A DNA stretch of 64,000 nucleotides, taken from Clostridia bacterium (GTDB lineage: Bacteria > Bacillota > Clostridia > UMGS1810). This document shows, piece after piece, positions 27,197 through 34,653 of the stretch. Position numbers and translations under genes: made by a program. A model generated the notes under the pieces. That model did not search any database, was not told the origin of the DNA, and was given only the letters and a program-made list of their open reading frames with translations. Numbering within the stretch: the stretch's first letter is position 1; each line of letters opens with the position of its first letter. The DNA is taken from positions 350 through 64,349 of the forward strand of contig JAZNJU010000006.1 of the NCBI GenBank assembly GCA_045578205.1, in the 5' to 3' direction.

Positions 27197-28240
27197 ATGA
27201 CTGATTTTGAGAAGGTAATAGATTTTGACAATATGTACAGGGCTTATAGGAAATCAAAATGCGGTAAGGGATTCAAGAAAAGTTCGGCAAAGTTTAATAT
27301 CATGGCTTTGGACGGCATTTACACCCTTATTGAGCAGTTGAAAAATAAGACCTATACAGTATCCGATTACTCAGAATTCAAGGTATATGAGCCGAAAGAG
27401 AGGATTATAAAGACTACATCCTTCAAAGATAAAGTTGTGCAGCATAGCCTATGTGACAATGTAATCCTGCCAAGGTTAGAAAAGGTTTTTATCTACGACA
27501 ACTGTGCAGGACAAAAGGGAAAAGGGACCTTATTCGGGCTTAACAGGCTCAGTGAACAGATGCAACAGTTCTATAAGAGGTATGGTCACGCTGGATATAT
27601 CCTTAAATGCGACATTTCAAAGTTTTTCTACAGCATTCCGCACGAGCAACTGAAAGATATTGTAAACTACCATTTTTCGTATGACAAAGATATCTGCTGG
27701 CTGTGTGATTTGTTTATAGACAGCACCGATGGTAAAGGAATCCCTCTGGGAAATCAGATTAACCAGGGATTTGCTCTGCTCTATTTAGACGGTATGGATA
27801 AACTCATTACAGGGGAACTGGGAATTGAATATTACGGCAGGTATATGGATGACTTCTACTTGATACATACAAGCAAAGAGTACCTCAAATATTGCCTCGA
27901 AGTAATCAGGGAATTTCTGGAAACATTAGATTTAACCCTCAATGGCAAAACTCAGATATTTCCATTCAAAAATGGTGTAAGTTATCTCGGATTTCATACA
28001 TACATAACTTTCACAGGAAAAGCCATAAGGAAACTAAAAAACCAAAATAAGCGTAATGCTCAGAGAAAATACTTTAAAATGGCCAAGAGAGTTGCAAGTG
28101 GTGAACTCTCCATAGATAAGTTTGATGCTTCCTACACGGCTTGGAAAAACCATATGTTGCACGGTAACTGCTATAGGTTAGGAGAGGCTATGGACGAGAT
28201 GATAAGGAGAATTTTAGGAGAAAGGAAAAAAGAGACATGA
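27197..28240 (+). CDS. DGR-type reverse transcriptase
   Basis: 347 aa from ATG 27197 (RBS aagggagg). RT motifs ...IPLGNQINQ... (DGR-like [LI]GxxxSQ variant) and GRYMDDFYLIH (YxDD). The ORF-track N-terminal extension (27014-27196) is just the TR read in frame. Confidence 0.88.
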   Translation: MTDFEKVIDFDNMYRAYRKSKCGKGFKKSSAKFNIMALDGIYTLIEQLKNKTYTVSDYSEFKVYEPKERIIKTTSFKDKVVQHSLCDNVILPRLEKVFIYDNCAGQKGKGTLFGLNRLSEQMQQFYKRYGHAGYILKCDISKFFYSIPHEQLKDIVNYHFSYDKDICWLCDLFIDSTDGKGIPLGNQINQGFALLYLDGMDKLITGELGIEYYGRYMDDFYLIHTSKEYLKYCLEVIREFLETLDLTLNGKTQIFPFKNGVSYLGFHTYITFTGKAIRKLKNQNKRNAQRKYFKMAKRVASGELSIDKFDASYTAWKNHMLHGNCYRLGEAMDEMIRRILGERKKET

Positions 28241-28632
28241 CAGATAACGAGATTATAAAGGCTTTGGAGTGTTGCTCAAAAGGATTTGGAAATTGCGAGG
28301 GATGTCCCTATGATGACGATAACGCTGATTGTGTAACTCTAAAAGGCGAAACGCTTATGATGAAGGATACCATTGACCTCATCTACCGCCAAAATGCAGA
28401 GATTGAGAGGTATTTACATTCTATCAAATTGCTTGAAAAGGATGTTGCACAAGCCAAATCCGAAGCATACAGGGAGTTTGCGGAGAGGTTCAAGTGGTAT
28501 GTCACAGTGGCAGAATCAAAGCCAACAACAAGGTTAAGTTATTCGTCATTAGGCATAGTTAATATGATTGACCTTGTATACAACGAACTTACACGCAACT
28601 TACACGAAACTTGCACGGAAAGCAATGAATGA
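28237..28632 (+). CDS. Hypothetical phage protein (Cys-rich N-terminus + coiled coil)
   Basis: 131 aa. IKALECCSKGFGNCEGCPY... Overlaps the RT stop by ATGA. Confidence 0.55.
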   Translation: MTDNEIIKALECCSKGFGNCEGCPYDDDNADCVTLKGETLMMKDTIDLIYRQNAEIERYLHSIKLLEKDVAQAKSEAYREFAERFKWYVTVAESKPTTRLSYSSLGIVNMIDLVYNELTRNLHETCTESNE

Positions 28633-28824
28633 ACGATTTTAAGGAGTGAGAGTATGAAAGTTAAAGATTGTAAAACTTGTAAGTTTTGTCAAAGACGGAC
28701 ATTTTCGACATACCACACATGGGCGAGGAATACACCTGCACAGGTTGTATGATTTATTGTGAACCGTATGTTGCTGCAAAATGTGTGAGAGAAGATATTC
28801 TAAATAAGTGAGGTGTGAAATTAT

Positions 28825-29016
28825 ATGGCTAAATACAAAGTACAGTTGGGTTCATTGGTAACAAAACTTATGGAAAGAAACTTTACTGTTTCTGCTAATA
28901 GCGAAGAAGAAGCCGTTGAAAAAGCAAAGAACAGATTTCTTTATGAGTGTAGCAGACAGAGATACACCGAAGTTGGCGGTGCTATAAATGTTGATGATGT
29001 TGAGTTGGTCGAATAG
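28825..29016 (+). CDS. Hypothetical small phage protein
   Basis: 63 aa, RBS gaggtg upstream. Confidence 0.45.
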   Translation: MAKYKVQLGSLVTKLMERNFTVSANSEEEAVEKAKNRFLYECSRQRYTEVGGAINVDDVELVE

Positions 29017-29040
29017 TCAATAAAATCGCAATTCAAAGGA

Positions 29041-29232
29041 GTGAAACAGATGGCTGAATTAAAGACTTGCCCGAAATGTAGAAAACGGGAGGAAATAACA
29101 GTGTGCATTATTAAGTTTCCTAAAAAACACAAAAATAAATATGTAAAATGTTTTGCTTGTGGTTATGAAACAAAAAGAGCATTTACTCTGACGGGAGCAA
29201 TGAAGAATTGGAACAGGAGGGCAACAGTATGA
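29041..29232 (+). CDS. Lar-family-like restriction alleviation protein (zinc ribbon)
   Basis: 63 aa. MAELKTCPKC...VKCFACGYET...GAMKNWNRR matches the Lar pattern LKxCPxC...CxxCG...WNrR. Confidence 0.5.
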   Translation: MKQMAELKTCPKCRKREEITVCIIKFPKKHKNKYVKCFACGYETKRAFTLTGAMKNWNRRATV

Positions 29233-29335
29233 AAAAGATTAAATACTATATGGCTTGTATCAAATGGTTATGGAAAAATCGAGATTGGGAAAACACACGG
29301 CAGAAATTTAAGGCTATGGAACGGGAGGTAAAAGA

Positions 29336-29791
29336 ATGAACAGAGAATCAGAGCGTAAGAGGTTGACAACAGATAAAAAGAAAATATTTGTAAGAAAGTG
29401 TCCGACTATTATGTCGGTTACTAAAGCCGAGTTACACAAACTTTACATTGAAATATTTGACCGACTGCAAGAGTATGAAGTTGCCGAGGAAACGGGGCAA
29501 ATTATTGTTCCGCCTGTTAAGGTGGGGGATGTGGTATATGCACAGAAAGGGTGTTTTTACCTTCCACACGCAACGCAAATAAAATCAGATGCCATAATTA
29601 CCTGTGAAGTAATAGCAATCAAAGAAACCAAGAAAGGCAAATATATTCTTTTAAAACCTTTACTCGAAGAGACATTTGGAATGAGGTCGGCAAATGGTTG
29701 GTTTCCCTTTTCTTCACTTGGCAAAACAGTATTCACATCAAGAGAAGATGCAGTGAAGGCTTTGGAGGGAAAGGAAGATGAGGGGAAATGA
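29336..29791 (+). CDS. Hypothetical phage protein
   Basis: 151 aa, in a tightly packed same-strand array. Confidence 0.5.
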   Translation: MNRESERKRLTTDKKKIFVRKCPTIMSVTKAELHKLYIEIFDRLQEYEVAEETGQIIVPPVKVGDVVYAQKGCFYLPHATQIKSDAIITCEVIAIKETKKGKYILLKPLLEETFGMRSANGWFPFSSLGKTVFTSREDAVKALEGKEDEGK

Positions 29792-30012
29792 CAGCCAAAA
29801 CTTTGAGAGAAATTCTTATTGAAAAAAAGCGAGATATAAAATTAGATGAATTACCCGAAGTTTTAGAATACCTTAAAGTTTGTAATGAATTTTTTGAAAT
29901 ATTGAAAGAAGATGAGTTTAGAAGAACGAAGTTAAAAGAAATTTATGGGGATAAGTTGTACAAATTATTGTGTGCTATCGACCACCCAACCGAGAAAGGC
30001 GGTGAGGGGTGA
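29788..30012 (+). CDS. Hypothetical phage protein
   Basis: 74 aa, start overlaps the previous stop. Confidence 0.45.
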   Translation: MTAKTLREILIEKKRDIKLDELPEVLEYLKVCNEFFEILKEDEFRRTKLKEIYGDKLYKLLCAIDHPTEKGGEG

Positions 30013-30347
30013 TGGCTTATATTGACAAGGAACTTTTCAAGCAAGATATTAAAATGCGATACTGCAATAATTGTGCAAGACCAAATGAAATAAAATGCAG
30101 AGTTTGTCACGTTGACGATATGCTTGGCGAAATTGAAGATGCACCCACAGCAGATGTTGTGGAAGTGAAACATGGGGAGTGGATTAAAACAGACCGTGGA
30201 ATTCGCAAAAGTATAAATACAGGACAACCAATGCGAGTATATGCGTGTGATTGTTCTTGCTGTGGATATCATACAGGAAATCAAGGAACAGAGTTTAAGT
30301 ATTGCCCCCATTGCGGTGCAAAAATGGACGGAGTAAAGGAGGAATAA
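30009..30347 (+). CDS. Hypothetical zinc-ribbon phage protein
   Basis: 112 aa. CNNC...CRVC and CSCCGY...CPHCG clusters. Confidence 0.5.
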   Translation: MMAYIDKELFKQDIKMRYCNNCARPNEIKCRVCHVDDMLGEIEDAPTADVVEVKHGEWIKTDRGIRKSINTGQPMRVYACDCSCCGYHTGNQGTEFKYCPHCGAKMDGVKEE

Positions 30348-30351
30348 ACCT

Positions 30352-30897
30352 ATGAACAAAGCGATACCTTCAAAAGAGGTCTTGCATAAAAAATATATTG
30401 ACGAAAACAAACCCATACACAAAATTGCAAAAGAATTGGGCATGTCTGTTGGGAAAGTTTTTAATTATATCAAAAAATATAATATCCCCACAAGAGACCA
30501 AAAATCAACTTTTACTATGCAAGGCCACCGATTATCACAGGAACAGTGTATGGCTATATCAAAAAGAAATAAAGGCAGAAAATTCAGTCAAGAAACGAAA
30601 CAACGCATGTCCGCTTCTGCAAAAAAAGGTGGGATAGGACATAAAAAGAAAAGAAGTGACGGGTATGTTGCCATTTATTTCCCTGACCATCCTAATAGTT
30701 CTAAAGACGGATATGTGATGGAGCATATTCTCGTTATGGAATGCGTAGTTGGTAGGCGATTGTACGGTGAAGAATGTGTACACCACAAGAATGGGAAAAG
30801 GAATGACAACAGGATAGAGAATTTACAGTTAATGACGAAGTCAGAGCACATGAGACATCATATGAAAATAAGATGGGAGGAAAAAAGGAATGCTTAA
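30352..30897 (+). CDS. HNH (homing-type) endonuclease with N-terminal HTH
   Basis: 181 aa. ...DGYVMEHILVME...VHHKNGKRNDNRIENLQLMTKSEHMRHH. Confidence 0.85.
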   Translation: MNKAIPSKEVLHKKYIDENKPIHKIAKELGMSVGKVFNYIKKYNIPTRDQKSTFTMQGHRLSQEQCMAISKRNKGRKFSQETKQRMSASAKKGGIGHKKKRSDGYVAIYFPDHPNSSKDGYVMEHILVMECVVGRRLYGEECVHHKNGKRNDNRIENLQLMTKSEHMRHHMKIRWEEKRNA

Positions 30898-31273
30898 CAA
30901 ATTTATCGGAGTCGGCAGACTAACCCGAGATGCAGAATTAAAAACCACAGCAGGCGGTACAAGCGTATGCAGTTTCACCCTTGCCGTAAACAGACGATTT
31001 AAGAACGCAGAGGGCAACTACGATGCAGACTTTATAAACTGTGTGGCGTGGAGAGGTCAAGCAGAACTCATATCCAAGCAGTTTAAAAAGGGCGATATGT
31101 TCGGCATAGTAGGCAGTCTGCAGACAAGGACATACGAAAAGGACGGCAGTAAGACATACATAACAGAGGTAGTGGTGGAGGAAGTAAACTTCGTGGGCGG
31201 AAAGAAGTCGGACAAGGGTGGGACCACAGACGATATTCTTCCTATGCCTGCGGATGATGAACTTCCGTATTGA
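30890..31273 (+). CDS. ssb: Single-stranded DNA-binding protein
   Basis: 127 aa. OB-fold pattern NKFIGVGRLTRDAELKTT..G..V..FTLAVNR. Acidic C-terminal tail DDELPY. Confidence 0.9.
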   Translation: MLNKFIGVGRLTRDAELKTTAGGTSVCSFTLAVNRRFKNAEGNYDADFINCVAWRGQAELISKQFKKGDMFGIVGSLQTRTYEKDGSKTYITEVVVEEVNFVGGKKSDKGGTTDDILPMPADDELPY

Positions 31274-31289
31274 AAGTCGGGTGTAAAAG

Positions 31290-31574
31290 ATGTTTCGGAA
31301 GTTAAGAGGGGTTAAACTATCGTACATCGAGCAGGGAGTCATATATTTTACCTGTATGAACTACAAAAATCTTTCGGAGCCTACAAGAGAAAAAATACAC
31401 AATCTATGTGAGGAGGTTTGCAAAGTATGTGGAGAAGAAGCAGAACTCTATGAGAAGGCGCTGCTTGAGTTCGTTACCAATCAATACGTAGGTGTTACAG
31501 GTATTGTCATGAAGTATTATGTGAGCGACAAGTTACTTTATAAACTCAGAAGAAAATTTTATGAATCATGGTAG
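31290..31574 (+). CDS. Hypothetical protein; candidate late-gene regulator by position
   Basis: 94 aa. It is the last gene before a terminator and the packaging module. The C-terminal ...YYVSDKLLYKLRRKFY loosely resembles a sigma region-4/ArpU-type HTH. Confidence 0.4.
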   Translation: MFRKLRGVKLSYIEQGVIYFTCMNYKNLSEPTREKIHNLCEEVCKVCGEEAELYEKALLEFVTNQYVGVTGIVMKYYVSDKLLYKLRRKFYESW

Positions 31575-31575
31575 A

Positions 31576-31607
31576 GTAAAACCTCGGACGATAATCCGAG
31601 GTTTTAC
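31576..31607. terminator. Bidirectional terminator between convergent genes
   Basis: 13-bp stem gtaaaacctcgga/tccgaggttttac with A/T runs on both sides. Confidence 0.75.
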
Positions 31608-31615
31608 TTGTAAGA

Positions 31616-31918
31616 TTATAAAACTATTTCCGTTACTTTTTCGATAATAAACTCTGCATCGGGAATTTCCGGGGAATCCTCTGCTTCGTTAATTTTTTCC
31701 AAATACTCTCGTTTGATTTTTAAGAGAATTGCCTTTACTGCTTCAGAGTATTCAGGGGTGTTAAGGAAAATAGATTCTAATTCTGATTTGTAAGAATATC
31801 CATTTGTGGCAAAGAATTTGTACATCCATTGATTATCGTTTGCCGTGAAGCGTTTGATGACCACAAAAAAATCCTCTGTGATTGGGTAGTTGGGAATAAC
31901 TCCTGTGAATAGTTTCAT
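31616..31918 (-). CDS. Reverse-oriented moron, hypothetical 100-aa acidic protein
   Basis: The only minus-strand gene between 16.5 kb and the window end. It has its own promoter, operator-like palindromes and terminator. Confidence 0.6.
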   Translation of the reverse strand: MKLFTGVIPNYPITEDFFVVIKRFTANDNQWMYKFFATNGYSYKSELESIFLNTPEYSEAVKAILLKIKREYLEKINEAEDSPEIPDAEFIIEKVTEIVL

Positions 31919-31979
31919 ACTTGGTATTTCCTCCTCGAAATTTGATATTTAATAACAAATTTTGTTATTATTTGCATAC

Positions 31980-32008
31980 ATAATACCACGAAATCCGTGG
32001 TATTTCAA
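31980..32008 (-). promoter_or_regulatory. Promoter of the reverse moron, with an inverted repeat in the spacer
   Basis: On the minus strand: TTGAAA, 17-nt spacer (taccacggatttcgtgg, containing ccacg/cgtgg), TATTAT. A 19-bp perfect palindrome aataacaaattttgttatt (31951-31969) lies in the leader. Confidence 0.55.
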
Positions 32009-32046
32009 GAGGATTTTTGTCGTAAAATGTCTTGACTTAAAAAATA

Positions 32047-32064
32047 ATTGTCCGATAACAGACG
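32047..32064 (+). promoter_or_regulatory. Conserved motif aattgtccgataacNgac, copy 1 (upstream of the packaging operon)
   Basis: The 14 nt aattgtccgataac are identical to 51869-51882. About 35 nt upstream of the terS start. TTGACT at 32033-32038, but no good -10. Confidence 0.45.
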
Positions 32065-32096
32065 CTACTTTCGTTTTAAAATAATAAAAATGGATT

Positions 32097-32642
32097 TTGA
32101 AGGAGGTGGCAAAAACGAGAGGAAAGAAAACGGCTCCTGAAACTATATTTGCAATTATGGCAGTGTGGTCTATAACTAACAATTATGCTGAAACGGCAAA
32201 AAGGTTAAATATACCAGAAAAAACAGTAGAGAAGATTGTGAAAGAAAATAAAGACAAAGATGAGTTTGCGGAACTTTGCGGTAATACAAGAAAAGATTTT
32301 GCCACCAGGGCAACTGGGATTATAGATAAAGCAGTAACTTTGCTTGAAAAGAGATTTAACAGGGCTCTTGAAGAAGAGAACGAGTTAGATATGTTAATAG
32401 ATGAAATTTGGGATTCTGATAAAGAAGAACTTTCCCGAGAAGAGAGAAACAAACTGGTTAACAAAATTCGTTCTTTGCAGTTGTATGACATCACGGCAGT
32501 AAGCAAAACTCTTGCTACTTTGTACGATAAGAGAGCATTGGCAAGGGGAGAGGCTACGGAATCTATTCACATTGTTGAAGAGGGCAAACTGGACAAACTT
32601 GCAAAATTGGCGGGGTACAAAAAAGATGTCAAAAAAAGATGA
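32097..32642 (+). CDS. Terminase small subunit (putative)
   Basis: 181 aa. N-terminal HTH-like region (NYAETAKRLNIPEKTVEKIV). Immediately precedes and overlaps terL. Confidence 0.6.
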   Translation: MKEVAKTRGKKTAPETIFAIMAVWSITNNYAETAKRLNIPEKTVEKIVKENKDKDEFAELCGNTRKDFATRATGIIDKAVTLLEKRFNRALEEENELDMLIDEIWDSDKEELSREERNKLVNKIRSLQLYDITAVSKTLATLYDKRALARGEATESIHIVEEGKLDKLAKLAGYKKDVKKR

Positions 32643-34068
32643 TTTTGCTATTGAACTGATGAGAGAGAGTTATGCATCGTACTGTTACTTCGTTCATCAG
32701 GACAACTGGATAGATACAGAGTTTCACACATTTCTTGCAAACAAGGTACAGGAATTTGTGGAAACTGATACCGGTAATCCTTACGACGTACTTGTATTAT
32801 CTTGTCCTCCGCAGCATGGAAAGAGTATGACTGTGACAGAAACATTTCCCAGTTGGTATATAGGCAAATATCCGGACAAGCGAGTGATCGTTGCTTGCTA
32901 TAACGATGAATTTGCCCGAAAGTTCGGAAGAAGAAACAAAAATAAAATAGATGAATACGGACAGTTCATATTTGGTATCAACCTTTCCAAGTCTTCTGAC
33001 AGGGAGTTCGAGTTGGACGGACATCAGGGAAGTATGATAACAAGAGGTATTCTTGCTGGTATTACAGGTAATGCAGGAGACTTAATTATCATAGATGACC
33101 CGGTAAAAACGAGAGAGGAAGCGGATAGCCTTACGCACCGTAACAAAGTGTGGGACGAATGGGAATCGTCAATCAGAACAAGAACCCAGGCGGGCAGTAA
33201 GATAATAGTCATTCAGACACGATGGCACGAAGATGATTTGGCAGGGAGATTGGCTACCAGAGAGAGGAATGTGGAAGTAATTAACATTCCAGTTGAAGCC
33301 GAAGAGGGAGATATCCTCGGAAGAAAGCCCGGCGATGCACTTTGTCCTGAAATAGGTAAAGATAATAAGTGGCTTGCAAGTTTTAAAGAAAACTATAAAG
33401 ATGGTATGCGAGCATGGAATGCATTGTATCAAGGCAGACCAACAAGTGCCGAAGGAAATATGTTCAAGCGGGAGTGGTGGAAATACTATACTGTTCTCCC
33501 AGAGTATTTTCCGCTGAAAGTAATCTCCGTAGACGCAACCTTTAAGGATAATGACGATAATGATTTTGTTGCTATCGAAGTATGGGGAAAGGTCAATGCA
33601 GATTTTTATCTAATTGATTTAATCAAAAAGAGAATGGATTTTCCTGCCACTGTTGATGCAATAAGAACCATAAACGCAAAATATCCGGACAGGCATTGCA
33701 TATTGATTGAGGACAAGGCAAACGGACCTGCAATTATATCGTCACTTCGGCACGAGATAAGCGGAATTGTAGCAATTACTCCCAAAGATAGTAAAGTCGG
33801 ACGTGCCAATGCGTGCACTGGAATTATTGAAGCAGGGAATGTATATCTGCCTCAATATGCATCTTTTACGGATGAATTTGTGGAGGAATTTGCATCGTTT
33901 CCGAATGGTGCCCACGATGATATGGTGGATAGTGCAACGCAGTTCTTTAATAAGTTTATGTTCTGGGATGCAACTTACAAAGAGGACAAAAGAACCCAAT
34001 TTGAAAAAGACCTGGAAAGATATAAAAACCGTGTGGTGAACGGAAAAAACAGAAGGAGGACTTACTAA
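32626..34068 (+). CDS. terL: Terminase large subunit
   Basis: Start at ATG 32626 (MSKKDDF...). Walker A-like CPPQHGKS, Walker B LIIIDDP, C-terminal nuclease ...GAHDDMVDS. Confidence 0.88.
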   Translation: MSKKDDFAIELMRESYASYCYFVHQDNWIDTEFHTFLANKVQEFVETDTGNPYDVLVLSCPPQHGKSMTVTETFPSWYIGKYPDKRVIVACYNDEFARKFGRRNKNKIDEYGQFIFGINLSKSSDREFELDGHQGSMITRGILAGITGNAGDLIIIDDPVKTREEADSLTHRNKVWDEWESSIRTRTQAGSKIIVIQTRWHEDDLAGRLATRERNVEVINIPVEAEEGDILGRKPGDALCPEIGKDNKWLASFKENYKDGMRAWNALYQGRPTSAEGNMFKREWWKYYTVLPEYFPLKVISVDATFKDNDDNDFVAIEVWGKVNADFYLIDLIKKRMDFPATVDAIRTINAKYPDRHCILIEDKANGPAIISSLRHEISGIVAITPKDSKVGRANACTGIIEAGNVYLPQYASFTDEFVEEFASFPNGAHDDMVDSATQFFNKFMFWDATYKEDKRTQFEKDLERYKNRVVNGKNRRRTY

Positions 34069-34069
34069 T

Positions 34070-34405
34070 ATGGCGTACTACGCAAGAAGAGTAAAAAGAA
34101 AATGTGAAATCAGAGGTTGTAAGAACACAGATTGTTTTGCAATATCCAAGTCCAGGGAGCCGGGAAACTCGGTAATAATGTGCGGTGAGTGTATAAAAGC
34201 ATTTGCCTTGGAGGTGGATAACGTTCCGGTGGTAAAGAAAAAGACACCTTCTGCTCCACCTCCCTTGTTCTTTGGTGATGCTTTGAAAAAAGCAGAAAAG
34301 GATGAGAACAAGACATCAGGAGAGACGGTATTGGAAGATAAATCGCCCGACATAAAGACGGACGGCAAGAAGAAAACTGTTGACAACAAAAAGAGTAGCA
34401 AGTAA
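34070..34405 (+). CDS. Hypothetical protein, zinc-ribbon N-terminus + Lys-rich tail
   Basis: 111 aa. CEIRGC...CGEC. Confidence 0.45.
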   Translation: MAYYARRVKRKCEIRGCKNTDCFAISKSREPGNSVIMCGECIKAFALEVDNVPVVKKKTPSAPPPLFFGDALKKAEKDENKTSGETVLEDKSPDIKTDGKKKTVDNKKSSK

Positions 34406-34419
34406 GGGGGCATAATGCA

Positions 34420-34653
34420 ATGATAAGTATGAATTCGGTACTTCTCTTTTTTATGATAATGCTTGTCGGATTGTTTTTGCTTGTTGTTGCAATGCTGTTT
34501 ATCCAGCATGTAGAGCGAAAAGACCTCTACACAAGGATAATGAGCAAAAATCTTGCTGAATACAACAAGAGTGATAATGAGGCTCCAATACAACCAAAAA
34601 GCGCTCATGATAGGGTGCTTGAACGGTGGCGGAAGGGGCGTGACAGTAATTGA
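34420..34653 (+). CDS. Small membrane protein
   Basis: 77 aa, one N-terminal TM helix. Confidence 0.4.
   Translation: MISMNSVLLFFMIMLVGLFLLVVAMLFIQHVERKDLYTRIMSKNLAEYNKSDNEAPIQPKSAHDRVLERWRKGRDSN

Noticed and set aside
28237-28632. Possible extra DGR accessory gene (overlaps the RT stop by ATGA)
   Set aside because: The Cys-rich IKALECC...C..CPY plus coiled-coil look recalls small proteins I believe are common in Firmicute phages without DGRs. The coupling probably just reflects tight phage gene packing. Kept as hypothetical.
32512-32625. Upstream extension of the terL ORF and apparent 130-nt overlap with terS
   Set aside because: The extension reads as junk (MLLCTIREHWQGERL...). ATG 32626 gives a typical short terS/terL overlap.
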